NCBI RefSeq assembly: GCF_006345805.1 | Contig: NC_043001.1 | Coordinates: forward strand, 48,050,001 to 48,114,000 | Origin: Octopus sinensis | Lineage: Eukaryota | Direction of reading: 5' to 3' | DNA: 64,000 nucleotides | Part shown: positions 52,050 through 64,000 of the stretch, one piece after another | How positions within the stretch are numbered: the stretch's first letter is position 1 | Layout of the letters: every line of letters starts with the position of its first letter | Notes under the pieces: model-generated | What the model saw: only the letters and a program-made list of their open reading frames with translations | Told to the model about the DNA's origin: nothing | Database searches by the model: none | Made by a program: the position numbers and the translations under genes

Positions 52050-53800
52050 GTTGTTGAATATGACCAATCTAGAATGCGGTTCATACAGGCTGGAGAATAG
52101 AGGCATAGCAATGTATGCAGGAGATTTAAAAGAACATTTATAACTCGTATCATCTGCGTATATCTGGCGTTTAAGCGCTCGTATCTGAGATTATTTAAAC
52201 ATGGTGTGGAGAATAAATAGTACCGAAACCGATCATATACAGAAGTCAAGTACGATCTCATTTCCATTAGAGGAATCAATACGCCCCAACATGATGTCAT
52301 TGGGACGGATGAGAAAGGAACAAACTAAATACCATATTACTCGAACCAACATGTGATTAAAGGTGATGCATGAGGATGTTATTACGAGCTGTGTCAAATA
52401 TCATGTTTAAATGGAGGAAAATTACAGTTGACATTTTGTCATTGTCAGGTACTTGTTCAAGATCCTTGTATGATTTACACACGCTAATTCTATTGAGAAA
52501 CTACTCCTAAATTTTGACTGATGTGAAATGAACAGCTACAGTCTGAAACCAGCTTTTGAATTAACTTTTGCGGTAAAAGATACCGATCGATAATTATTTA
52601 ATTTGATCTTTTGTTGATTTCAAGCTTTTTAAGAAGAGAACGAGTGATTAATACGCGTTTCAGAAGCTCCGATAAACATCATGTTGATAGCTATACATTT
52701 GCTAATTTTGTAATGAGCGGTGGGCGCAAAGCTTTTCCCGTAACGTATAAACAGCTACGAAGATTTAGGTTTCTCATGTGTTGGCGTAAGAGTTGGCTGA
52801 TTTCATTCATTCTTTGTGACAGCTTCAAAATCGGATATGTACAATAATTCATTTGCTAATTTGTGGACTCGTTACGATGTTACATTGATTGTGAGGAAGG
52901 TTAGGATTTTGCTAATTAAAATAATCACCGAATACATTAGCACGATCCACTATTTTTTTTATAATAGGGCAGTATTATTGAATTCCTTTTATGTAGAGTA
53001 CTTTTAACGGATAATTTCCATGACGGAGCATCTGTGTGGTATATATATGTAACTCAGTAAACGAGCGCCTCGACCTTCGTTGTCTATTTTATTTCTCTTT
53101 CATCAGAATTCTGAGGTTTATGTGAATGAGATTCTAGCCTACACTCCATGAGTTTAGCTTGGTAAGCAATAGCGCAGCGTGAGGGGTACAAGATATACGG
53201 GTCGCACAGGGCGGCCACTTTACAAACGTGTGTTTACTGAAGCTGAAGGTATATTACGTTTACGGAGGACCATTTAGCTACTACCAGAGCTACCAAAAGT
53301 CAACTCTGCCACTCGCTTGCTTCAATACTTTCACAGTTTATACCATGGCGAATATGACTTTAGATTAACAAAATGCGTGAGTTCAGGCAACGGAATGATG
53401 ATTAAGTTGGATAGCTTAGAATTATATAGAGAAATTGCTGTTTTAAAAACTGATCATTATATAAGCATAAGTTTTCTTCCAAACATAGAAAAGACGAAAT
53501 GTTTAATAACTTCCATCAGCGAAAAGTAATTAATTTGAATTCTGTTCTCATCTTTGGAAAATTTAAATCCGTTCGTATTAAATAGTGATCACTGATATTG
53601 GAATCATAAGCTGAAGTAGCGGAAATAATGTTGTCTGTAGGTCGAGAAATTGTAATTCAAGGATATGACCTGCGAAATGAATCGATATCTTAATATATTG
53701 CTGAAAACAGTGGCTATGAAGTATATTTCCGAAAGAGTCAGTGGTTGAAATCTGATGGAGATTGAAGTCATCCATTATTACATGATTTTTACGTCTGCAC
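52050..53800 (-). mobile_element. decayed L2/CR1-type LINE (APE end and RT fragments, possibly one element)
   Basis: 53570-53790: VIMDDFNLH...FQQYIKISIHFAGHILEL...SDHY. 52050-52330: VLFILHT...IYADDTSY. The fragments are in the expected order on the minus strand. Confidence 0.6.
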
Positions 53801-54450
53801 ATTTGTTACAATAATGTCAGTTGAATGTTGAAGGTAAATAATAGTGTTATGGATAAAGACGGTTTGATAATAAACTTACTGTTAAAGGGTTCAAATGGTC
53901 TGTAATATGATAGTTTATTGGTTAGTTAAAGGAAGTTTTTAAAGAAAGCAGACACATCCCCAGGAAATCAGCAGTTTAACGTTTCCAGATATATTCATAA
54001 CCACTATTTCTTTTTCTTGAGCTTCATACAAAATTTGGTGTACATACGTTACTTAAAAATTGAAGTAGCATTCTAACAAGTAGCATGAAGCTTATTTGTA
54101 AACAGATTCAGTTGGCTGGATACTAATAATCATCAGTTACGCAATCATTTCCACCCAGCAAGTACACTTCACAGTTCATATTTTGAAAATTTCTGAGAAT
54201 ACATCGTATCACAACCACAACACAAATAATCATGCACTCACAGAACAGAAGGTTTGCCGAAGAGATTCAATATAACTGCAAATACCAACCATTGATACAG
54301 AAAACAATATTAGAAGAGGATAAACAGAAAAACAAAAAATACATTTTCATGCGCACGTACTTTAAAAAAGGATCTTATGAAAATATACGGCATCCAGGGA
54401 CCTTGAATTAATGGAGATTCCTAAAATAATACTAGTAATAATAACATCCT

Positions 54451-54850
54451 AGGCGCAGGAGTGGCTGATTGGTAAGTAGCTTGCTTACCAACCACAGGGT
54501 TCCGGGTTCATTCCCACTGTGTGGCACCTTGGGCAAGTGTCTTCTACTATAACCTCGGTCCGACCAAAGCCTTGTGAGTGGATTTGGTAGACGGAAACTG
54601 AAAGACACCCGGCATATATATGTATGTGTGTGTATATGTTTGTGTGCCTGTCTTTGTCCCCCCAACATCGCTTGACAAACGATGCTGGTGTGTTTACGTC
54701 CCCGTAACTTAGCGGTTCGGCAAAAAAGACTGATAGAATAAGTACTGGGGTTACAAAGAATAAATTCTGGAGGTCGATTTGCTCAACTAAAGGCAGTGCT
54801 CCAGCATGGCCGCAGTCAAATGGCTGAAACAAGTAAAAGAGTAAAAAGTA
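54451..54850 (+). mobile_element. SINE family 1, near full length
   Basis: ggcgcaggagtggctgattggtaag...ccgggttcattccc...gcaccttgggcaagtgtc; tail aagtaaaagagtaaaaag. Confidence 0.92.
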
Positions 54851-55829
54851 ATATTCAGTGAGAGTGGCTTGCTATCATGGACAGGTGATTCGGTATGAAA
54901 TCATTAGAAATGTTATATCATTTATATTTAAAACTCTCATTCAAGTGCGGTCAGGCTATTGTTCCAACACCTTGGATGAGAGTAGATATTTCTGTCGTTG
55001 GTAGAGATGTGAACAAAAAAACTACTATTTTTCTGTTCGGGCGTTTGGTGAGATATGACGACATTAACTTGTGCTACCAAGAAAATGCACCTACATGGTT
55101 GACTGATCTGCTGAAAGAGCAGTCGAATCTCTTTTAAATGACACGATCTTATCTAAACTAAGTAAAGAACAAAAAAACAAAAACAAAACAAACACTAGAA
55201 AATGTAATCCTAGATAAAGTCTTTAAAATGACGATGCTTACAAGAGAAATGCTTGTGATCATATGGCTGGCCTGGCGTGAAATAATTACGAGCATTGAGA
55301 GCCACTCTATGCAATCGCGCTACCTGCTAGAAATAATAGTCTGTACTTCCTAAATCTTCCCCTATTACTGGAAATCAAGAAAGGGCACAAGAGATAATGT
55401 TACTCGTACATACTTTTGATCAGGGATATATTTGATCAAGGCTGATCTTGGGTTAAACAAACACTTATAACTCTACGAACTAAGGAAGAAATCACACCAA
55501 CCTTTTTTGAAACAAAATAATGGGATGGGCATCTTGGCCAAATCGGTCCTAGATGTACAGTTTGAAGAGAAAACAATCAAAACTGAACAGATATCAACAC
55601 GAATGGAATGCAAAAACAATGGCGACAGCAAAAATACAAATTTAGAAATGACATCAATAATATCAATGCTAAATGATTACTGAATACAACAACAACGACC
55701 AACCCCACCATCATCACCACCACCACAACGGCAGTACTAATGACAGTAGCAACAACACCATCAACAACAACAACGACACAAACAACAACGACAACAACGA
55801 CAATGACAACGAAAGCAACAACAGCAACG

Positions 55830-56314
55830 GTGGAGGCGCAATGGCCCAGTGGTTAGGGCAGCGGACTCGCGGTCGTAAGAACGCGGTTTCGATTCCCAGA
55901 CTAGGCATTGTGAGTGTTTATTGAGCAAAAACGCTTAAGCTCCACGAGACTCCGGCGGGGGAGGGTGGTGAAATCCGCTGTACTCTTTCACCACAACTTT
56001 CTCTCACTCTTTCTTCCCACTTCTACCACAAAGCAGAGGAACCATGGTGTGATAAACTTTCAGACCCTAGTCTACACTGCGAATCCTCTGTACCCCAGGA
56101 TGGTTCAGCTCTCCACCCGTTAAAACCCACCCTTTACAGAATGAGGATAACAACGTAGCTTTCGCGCTCGTGCATCCGCCAGTCTATCGCGTGTGGTGGG
56201 TGAATCTTCAAGTTGCTGCACGCATTTTTAGTAGCTTAGAGTAGGATCGAATTAGAGATTATTCTTTGTGGCTAATGGCGTGAGTCCTGATTGGAAGAAG
56301 AAGAAGACGATAAA
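55830..56314 (+). mobile_element. SINE family 3 with a third (GAA-ending) tail and 31-bp TSD
   Basis: GACAATGACAACGAAAGCAACAACAGCAACG at both 55799-55829 and 56315-56345. Confidence 0.9.
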
Positions 56315-57824
56315 GACAATGACAACGAAAGCAACAACAGCAACGACAGAAAAATCAACAGCGGCTTCTAGTAGTCCCCCAGATCCGGAAGTTGTAAGAT
56401 ATAAATTGTCCCGTCTTGATTGCATATGGAATCATTCGGCCTGATTCTTATGTCTGAGAATTCAAAGGGAATGAAAGTTTACGATAGAACTTCGAGCCTT
56501 AGAATATGTTTTAAAAAAGTAGTTGCAAATTAACTAATTAATTTCTCTTCAAGATTGACAAAAATAAGGACAAGACATAGTTTCGCAACACCTTCGGACA
56601 AATGAAGAGAGACAGACTAAGAGAGAAAGAGAGAGGGGTGAGAGAGAGAGAGAAAGGGGTGACAGAGGAGGTGACAGAGAGAGAGAGCGGGTGACAGAGA
56701 GGGAGAGGCAGGCGGGCAGACGGACAGACAGACAGGAAAAGAGAATCGTTAGCGAAGAGAAGAATGCGAGACATGATACTACTTATTAATGTATGATCGA
56801 TTTTGTGTTTGCACTAATTTATTAACACTTCAAATTAGATTCACAGGTTGAAGTGAAAGCATAAAAATCAGAGATTAAACACCAAAGTATTTATCGATTT
56901 CTTCCGATGTGCAACTGTCCATATGGTGAAATGGAAAGATACACCACTCTGTTAGATATCTTCTTATTATAAACAAGTTCAAACGCATCAACAAAATTAC
57001 CTTTCTGTTTTTTTACATGTAATGTTTGATTCAAAAGACATTCAGTTATTCTTTGAACACAGCTCTACACGTACACTTAAGTCATATTTGATGTGTTTAG
57101 TATATTACCAGCATTCGTTTGCAAATTTCTTGTAAGTCAGTTAAGCCAGTCAGCATTCGTTTAAAGACACGAAATAAATGCAAGATTTTCGCATGATATC
57201 AGAGCAATGATTAGCAAGAAGCAATATGCTAGAAAATACCACACAACAGCCGATATAAATCAAATGTAATCACCAAATACATTTTGAATCGACCAGTAGT
57301 ATTTTTTTTTTCTTTCTCGGATAAGACGGCCATTTACATTCAGAAAAGCAGCCAAATAGGCACCACCTATAGATTACTAACTAACTAGTATTTCTACCAC
57401 TGCTACGCACGGACATTGCAAACAGTCTAATTTCTATTCTATAATAAGATAATTTAGAAACAGTACCAATATATTAAACCTCCCGCAGACGGCTACATAC
57501 GGAGTGTTTACAGAGAATTTCTTTATCCTATTGTGGATTGCTTTTGGCATCCGTTACAGCAGTAAAGTTCAAATTACATACCTTCCTCAAGCTGCTACCT
57601 TGGTATTGACTGATAAAAAGTAGATTGATTTTCTTTTTTCTTAATGTGTGTTCTTTTAATTCCTTACTGAAAAACAAACGCTTCTGGAGAGATGCTATGG
57701 CAAGCACGTCGGAGAACTATATATAATTTTGCAAATACATGATCTGACAGAATTTGATACTAACTAATTATGGTTCAGATATGCGTAAATAAATATAATT
57801 ATATATATATACATATATATATAC

Positions 57825-57881
<57 letters not shown>

Positions 57882-58139
57882 GGTGATTCTCATTTAGGAC
57901 TTTCAGTCAATTTCGTGATGGTTTGCTGGGCAATGATCGAACTAACACGTGTTGTGTTATAGAACCATTCACATAAATGCAAAGTTCCAAGCATATAAAC
58001 AATTAAAAACCTACTGCCAAACGGATATGGAGACAAACACAAATACACATTTACACACACTCATACACACACACATACACACACACACAAACACACACAC
58101 ACACCACCACCACCACGCACACAACACACACACACAGAA

Positions 58140-58823
58140 GACATTCACTTTTGGTGACTCCCTTTCGTGTTCAATTGTGTCAAGTGCATTTTCATCGCCC
58201 CCAATGCGAACATTTTGCTTGTTCACTTTGCGATTCTTATGCAATGTGGCCTCGTCGCTGAAAACAAGAAGTTTTCAAAGTCGTCATCTTCAAGTTTTTT
58301 TTTGCATATCTTTTCGCTTTTGCTTGTCAACCGGCTTTAATGTCTTCACAAGCTGAAGCTTGTAGGGGGTCAGCCGCAAGCGTTTTCTTATGGCGCGCCA
58401 AACAGTTGACTTGGGGATCCTGGTTTCCAGGCTTGCTTCTCGCACAGATTTCTTTGGACTACGACTAAACGTCTCCCGAAGATGGTTCACCTTCTCTTCT
58501 GAAACTTCTGGCCGTCCAGATCCTTTTTCCGTCACAAACAGATTTCCCCTTGAAGCTTCCTATGCCACGTCCAAATCTGCTTCCTTGTTGGCGCTTGTTT
58601 GTGAAATCTTCTAACAAATACACGTTGCACATTTACATTTGACTGAGTTTGGGCGTACCACAATACACAAAACGCTTTTTCTGTTGCAGTAAACGGCATG
58701 TCTAATCCTGAAAAGAAAAACATACGAAATATCATGTATTGAATTCTAGACATCCTGCTTAAATTTGAGACAATTTCGACGAAATTAGGTGATGAAAGGA
58801 TGTCAAATTTTTTGGTACAACCT
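58140..58823 (-). mobile_element. Tc1/mariner-superfamily element 5' part (DD37D/DD41D-like, DUF4817-type N-terminus)
   Basis: MPFTATEKAFCVLWYAQTQS...GSGRPEVSEE...SPKKSVREASLE...PYKLQLV...FLFSDEATLH..KVNKQNVRI..ESPKVNVFC; TIR end at TA near 58823; broken by (CA)n. Confidence 0.85.
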
Positions 58824-58824
58824 G

Positions 58825-58882
<58 letters not shown>

Positions 58883-59332
58883 GCCCTGCTAAAACATAAA
58901 AAAAAATATCAAACAACGCAATATGACCAAAACTGGGGAGAATTATGAGACGTTATGAAATGATACGAGTGAGCTAACAATACGAAGGTATGAGCAAGTA
59001 CGGGATAAATTAATGCTTTGGCATGCAAAATTTAAGCTTTACAAAATCTTGCCAAAGTACTTTCACAAATAGGAACTACCTTGTGTCCTTTAAGTCAGCG
59101 AGGAAGGCTTCATGCGACTACATGACCTTCTAGAAATGATAAACGAATCTTTTTAGTAAACCCATCCAAATTTAAAGGGTACAGAGGTTTATGAATAACT
59201 TACGAAAAATAATCAATTGGCAAAGAATATAAATATAGTTATCGCCCGACAAAATTGAGTGAGAGGTGTTCACTTAGTTAACTTGTTTCGAGTTCAGTTC
59301 TACTGCGTGGTATCATAGACAAGCGTTTTGTA

Positions 59333-60444
59333 TTAGGGCGTCAAGTATGAAAATTTGTAAAAATGAAAAAAAAAATTGCCGATGTTTTATAAATACAAGG
59401 AATAATTTTTATTCATCAAAGTATGCACCCATATGGGCAATACACTTTTGTCATTTCAGCGGTAGCTTGTCAAAGCCCGGAACTATAAAAGCCTGGCAAT
59501 CTAAGTCATAAAAATCTTGGAAGGCCTGTTTTACATCATCGCCGGAATTAAAATTGTTTTCCTATCAAAAATTATCCAAACTCTGGAAGATGTGGTGGTC
59601 ATTGGGAGCAAGATCATATGAATATGGTGGATGATGGAGAACTTCCAACTCCAACTCCTGTAGTTTCGCCAATGTCATTTTCTCGATGTGTGGTCTGGCG
59701 TTGTTTTGCAATAAAATAGGAGTGGATCTGTTGACTAATCTAGGCTGTTTTAAATTTCTGCACCATCATAATGGGCCACACCTGCTCCAGACCACCGAAC
59801 ACACACCATCAACTTCTTTTAATGAATTTTGTTTTTTTGGACTGTGTTTTGGTGGCTCGTTCTCGTCCAACCTTTGTGCTGAACATCTATGACTGTTATA
59901 TTGGATCCATTTCTCATCACATGTTACAATTCGATTCAAAAATGATTCATTTTTGTGACGAGAAAGTAGCATAATGCAGGCTTCCAAACGTTGCTATTTC
60001 TGATTTTCATTGAGTTCATGTGAATCCCACTTATTCAACGTTTTCATTTTACCGATTTGAACTAGGTGAGTCAATATTATTTGCTTGCTAACACCAAACA
60101 ACAACGATAATTTACGGGCACTTTGAGATGGATCTGACTCGACGATGGCTTTCAATTCGTCATTATCCACCTTGTTTCTGGTCGACCGTGTAGCTCATTT
60201 GTGAGGTGAAAGTTACCAGAACGAAATTTTGCAAACCAATTTGAAATACTCCATTAATATTCCGAATTGTGATGCTGTATTTCCAAGAAAGAACTCATAT
60301 TTCAAAACTGAACGAATTTCTGACTTATCCATCTCTGAACAAAAATAGCAAAAAACTATTTATAAACACTTTATAAAGCGCAAAATGAACTGCTGTGAAA
60401 GTTTACCATATACTTTACTACAAATTTCATACTTGACGACCTGA
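59333..60444 (-). mobile_element. mariner element with both TIRs and TA TSD, internally decayed, inserted in a family 1 SINE
   Basis: TA|ttagggcgtcaagtatgaaaatttgta ... tacaaatttcatacttgacgacctga|TA; FLNRIVTCDEKWIQYN. The joined flanks rebuild the SINE core. Confidence 0.92.
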
Positions 60445-60496
60445 TACTATAGTGCCGGGCTGACCAATGCCTTGGGGAATTTGTGAAAACCCGTCA

Positions 60497-60590
<94 letters not shown>

Positions 60591-60619
60591 CCAGTAAATC
60601 ATAAATCCGAAAGAGAAAG

Positions 60620-63050
60620 TGCTGTAAAATATTTAGAGAAAGATAGCTAGGCCGGTTCATAGGGCTACCCAGGCTTCCTCGTCCATAAAACGCTTAGTCT
60701 ATAACCTCTCTTCAAAATGGAAGAGAAAATGCCTCGTAGCTAGTTTTTGAACATACAGACAAAGAAAGTTCAAGTGCAAGAGATTGTTTCCTATAGACAA
60801 CTATCCAGAATCCACCCAGTCAGCTTGCGGGTCCTAGGCTTTTAGTAGTAATCGTTAGAAGTGTAAGTAGGGTCCTAAGACTTCCGTCCTGGAATTTAAG
60901 ATGCTTCCTGGATCGAGGGAGTTCTTAAATATCCTCGCCCGTTCTGCTATACACAGCTTGTAACGTTCGCTCACGTTCATGTAGGATTTGCCATGTGATA
61001 ATATGAGGAGTCCTTCGTACTTCAGGCGCCACACGTGGCTGGCTAAGGACATGGAATAACGTCTCTCCGGGATCCTAAACGAGGATTTGTGGCCGGAGAG
61101 GCACCGCTTGAAGGTGTTTCCGGAACAGCCGATGTATTTTCGAATGCTGCTGTTAGCGTTGCTACTTCTGTTGATGTTGACGCTGCTACTACAGCTGTTG
61201 TTAGTGTAGCTGCTGCAAGTGTTGGTGCTGATGTTGGCGTCGTTAATACTGGTGTAAGGGACATCATTGGCAGTGGAGTTGGTGTTGGGGCTGTTGTGGT
61301 TGTTGCTGTTGGTGTCTCCGTTGGTGCTGTTATAACCAGTGTGGTTGTTGGAGCTGTTATCGGCGCTATAGTAGTGGTTGTTGTTGTTGGTGTTCGTATT
61401 ATTATTGTTATCATTTTTACCATTAACAGTAACGATCGTGCTGCTGCTAAAGTTACTGCCATTGCAATTATTACTGCTATTCCTACTAGTGCCGCAGATG
61501 CTGGAAAAGTTGCAGCTGCTGCTGGCATTAGGGTCAGATACAACCTCAGCCTCGTATATGACCCCCTTGATTTCGCATCAGCATCCCACTGGCCATCACC
61601 GGTTAATGCATGAGCAGCCTGCCTCTGCTCGTAGACTAAGGGTAGACTAAGCTAAAATAGTCTTTATATTAGGGGTGCTGCTAAAAGAGACTCTTAGGTT
61701 ATGTCTGTTGAATAGGCGTCTGTACCTATGTGATTGTGTAAAGGGCTTATCTACTAGTCTAAGGAATATCCTACCTACATACATTTTTACTCTGAGAGAT
61801 AAGGGTGGGGGGGGCAAATCAAACGATATCTCGGTGGTGCTTCCTTCTGCGGATGTTAGTGCGCGGCGTGTAAACCCGCTAGCAGCTAGGGCCTCCTTAT
61901 AGTGGGAGAATGTTGTGTCGAAAATTTCTTGGCTAGAGGACAGATTCGAGATCCACTTGCTGACATCCTTCAGTTTCTGAACACGATGAGCGGGTGGCAG
62001 GTGGCTGTGTTGATATATGTCAGCCTCTCGTCTGGCTTGCAGTAGAGCCTGTATGTGCCAGAACCCAAGGCGAACGTGATGTCTAAGTAGTCCGCGTAAT
62101 ATCTAAGAAGTCAGATTGGAATTTTCAGTCTCATGGAGCTGAAGGTGCTAATTAGATCCTCCCTAAGCCTATCTAGGGTTTGTCGTACACCCCCATCGCA
62201 TACATTAGCGCTGTCGTAAACGCCTATCGCTACGTCGCAAAAGCCAACGGGATTGGTTAGCTTGACCCAAGTCGAACCTTTATTAAACAGCACCATCAGC
62301 GAAGGAAAGTACCTTGACCAATAACCCTTTCGATATAGAAAGGCAAAAAAAACTATGTTGAACTGGGTGAACCTTGCTTTGCCGCTAACCTTATAGGGAT
62401 TAAACCATGTAATCACCTCATTGGTGTTGCACCATAGGAAGAGGTTGATTGTTCTCCTTATGTCATTGTAGATGTTTCTCAGGATATGTGTTCTCGCCAA
62501 ACCGATCTCGGATTTAGCCAGGTTGCTCAAGGGTTTAGAGGCAAATTTGGTTTATTGTCTTTGATAGCGATGAAGACGTTCCTTTTGGCTAAAATTCCTA
62601 CCCTGTCTGATATATCCAAGACGTTGTCTAAATCTTTGGTTTCGCTGTTGATGTTGTTGCATGTATGAGATAAGCACGCCTATAGTTCTGTGTAATGTTG
62701 TCTTCTAATAGTCTGTTATAAGTATGGGTTTCCATCTTATATAAGGTGTTTTGACTTGTCTGAGACGATTAGGGGAATTGTTAGAATTTTATATTAGTCT
62801 AAAGTCGGTACGGAGCCTACGCTGGAATGAGCAAGAGGACTTACGGTACTTTAGCCTAGGAATGATGCCCGGAAGATCTACTTCCAAGGCCTCAAGGCGC
62901 TTGATCCTGGGTGAGTATTTTCTAGATCTGATCCCGTATGTGTTGGTTTCGGGTCTATAGTGGTGTTTATTGTTGTCATTGTTAGATGGTGTAGGAATGT
63001 TCTCCATATTTTGGAAACACTAAGCGGCTTTAGTAAATATGTAGAAGCGC
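60620..63050 (-). mobile_element. Penelope-like element (RT and GIY-YIG), defective, with expanded GIY-YIG spacer
   Basis: YGIRSRKYSPRIKRLEALE; NLAKSEIG...LWCNTNEVITWF...FTQFNIV; WVK...DVAIGVYDSANVC; YLDITF...YCKPD..LTYIN...HP; VSFSSTPNIKTI; VIYEAEV...KYIGCSGNTFK...SLASHVWRLK...KLCIAERARI...LNSRTE. The YRDD block appears deleted and there are stops. Confidence 0.92.
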
Positions 63051-63504
63051 GGCCTGCCGGACAGCTATATATATATATACATATATATATACTTATATAT
63101 AGCTTACGACACTTTCGAATCAAATGCTTTTGATATAATAATATAGGCAACTTCTCACCAATGTGTTGGTTGCCGGTTTCTCTCGTTTGTCCACTCACAC
63201 CTATATATATGTATATATATATATAGATATACATACACACACACACTCACAGACACACACTCACAGACACACACACACAATGTGACAAATAATGATTTTC
63301 ACTAATATTTGGAAGTTTATACTCGATTAAGTTTTATCTTAGCTATTGACTGATGCTAGTGTCTATTTTATCGCTCTACATGTTGAAGTTGGTATCGATA
63401 GGAATTGAAATCAGGAAGTATACGTTCTGTAATTAAGCACCCAAAAGCAATTGATTTCAGTCTCCAACGATTAAAACAATTTACCATTCTTATGGTAACA
63501 AATA

Positions 63505-63716
63505 TTGGCCACAAAATTTGGCATAGGCAGCAATTTCGGGGAAGGGGTTAAGTCAATTACATCTACCCCAGTGCTCAACTGGTACTAATTTTATCGATAC
63601 CGAAAGGATGAAAGGCAAAGCCGACGTCGGTGGAATTTGAACTCAGATCACAAAGACGGACGAAATGCCACTAAGCATTTTGATGGGCTTCCTAGCGATT
63701 CTGCCGTCGCGCAGCC
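63505..63716 (-). mobile_element. SINE family 2 copy
   Basis: ggtactaattttatcgataccgaaaggatgaaaggcaaagccgacgtcggtggaatttgaactc is the reverse complement of the family core. Confidence 0.85.
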
Positions 63717-64000
63717 GTTATGGTAACAGGTTTTGATTTCTAACACAGGAGCAAGATCTCAGATTTGATGGAGAGATACAAACAATTATAAACACCTTAA
63801 ATCTTGAATATTACTTTATTTTATACATGTCAAAATGACCTTGGTCGAATTTCAACTAACAGTGTAAAGAACCTTAACTAGCGATTGTACTAGTCTACTA
63901 GTCTTCAGATTACAAAAAAGAAAGAACAGAAAATGTATTCGGGATGCAGACATGGGTGTATGGTTAATGTATTCATTTTGCAACCACATGGTTTTGGATT

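Noticed and set aside
60776-60828. Hammerhead-like gcaag-CTGACTG...GAAAC-aatctc-ttgc just after the PLE stop codon (minus strand)
   Set aside because: The position is suggestive, but the core deviates (CTGACTG) and the cleavage triplet is out of register with stem I; at most a relic.
61043-61613. Mucin-like (61043-61543, -) and hydrophobic Val/Ala-rich (61089-61613, +) ORFs as host genes
   Set aside because: They are alternative frames of the low-complexity insert inside the PLE; only the third frame links VIY to YIG and to PLE homology on both sides.

Overview
AT-rich, microsatellite-saturated eukaryotic DNA. The SINE families and repeat landscape suggest a coleoid cephalopod, probably Octopus (inference). 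There is no intact protein-coding gene: long ORFs in the track are microsatellite artefacts or transposon pieces, and only a few short exon candidates remain. The window is a nested mosaic of three main tRNA-derived SINE families (about 20 copies), R4/Dong-like, CR1/L2, RTE and L1/Tx1-like LINE remnants, three Penelope-like elements (PLEs), five Tc1/mariner-superfamily remnants, a Chapaev-like remnant and a short non-autonomous Helitron. Three things stand out. (1) 50302-51156 is a divergent palindrome of two more-than-one-unit, circularly permuted copies of an about 350-bp structured unit, each arm carrying a complete minimal type I hammerhead ribozyme (retrozyme or PLE pseudo-LTR-like). (2) A PLE at 60620-63050 has its GIY-YIG motif split by a 139-codon in-frame Asn/Ser-rich spacer, versus 12 codons in another PLE in the same window. 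(3) One SINE head/body carries three different tails, and two copies share the same CAA-rich leader, one of them with a 31-bp target-site duplication. All family assignments were made by eye, without database searches.
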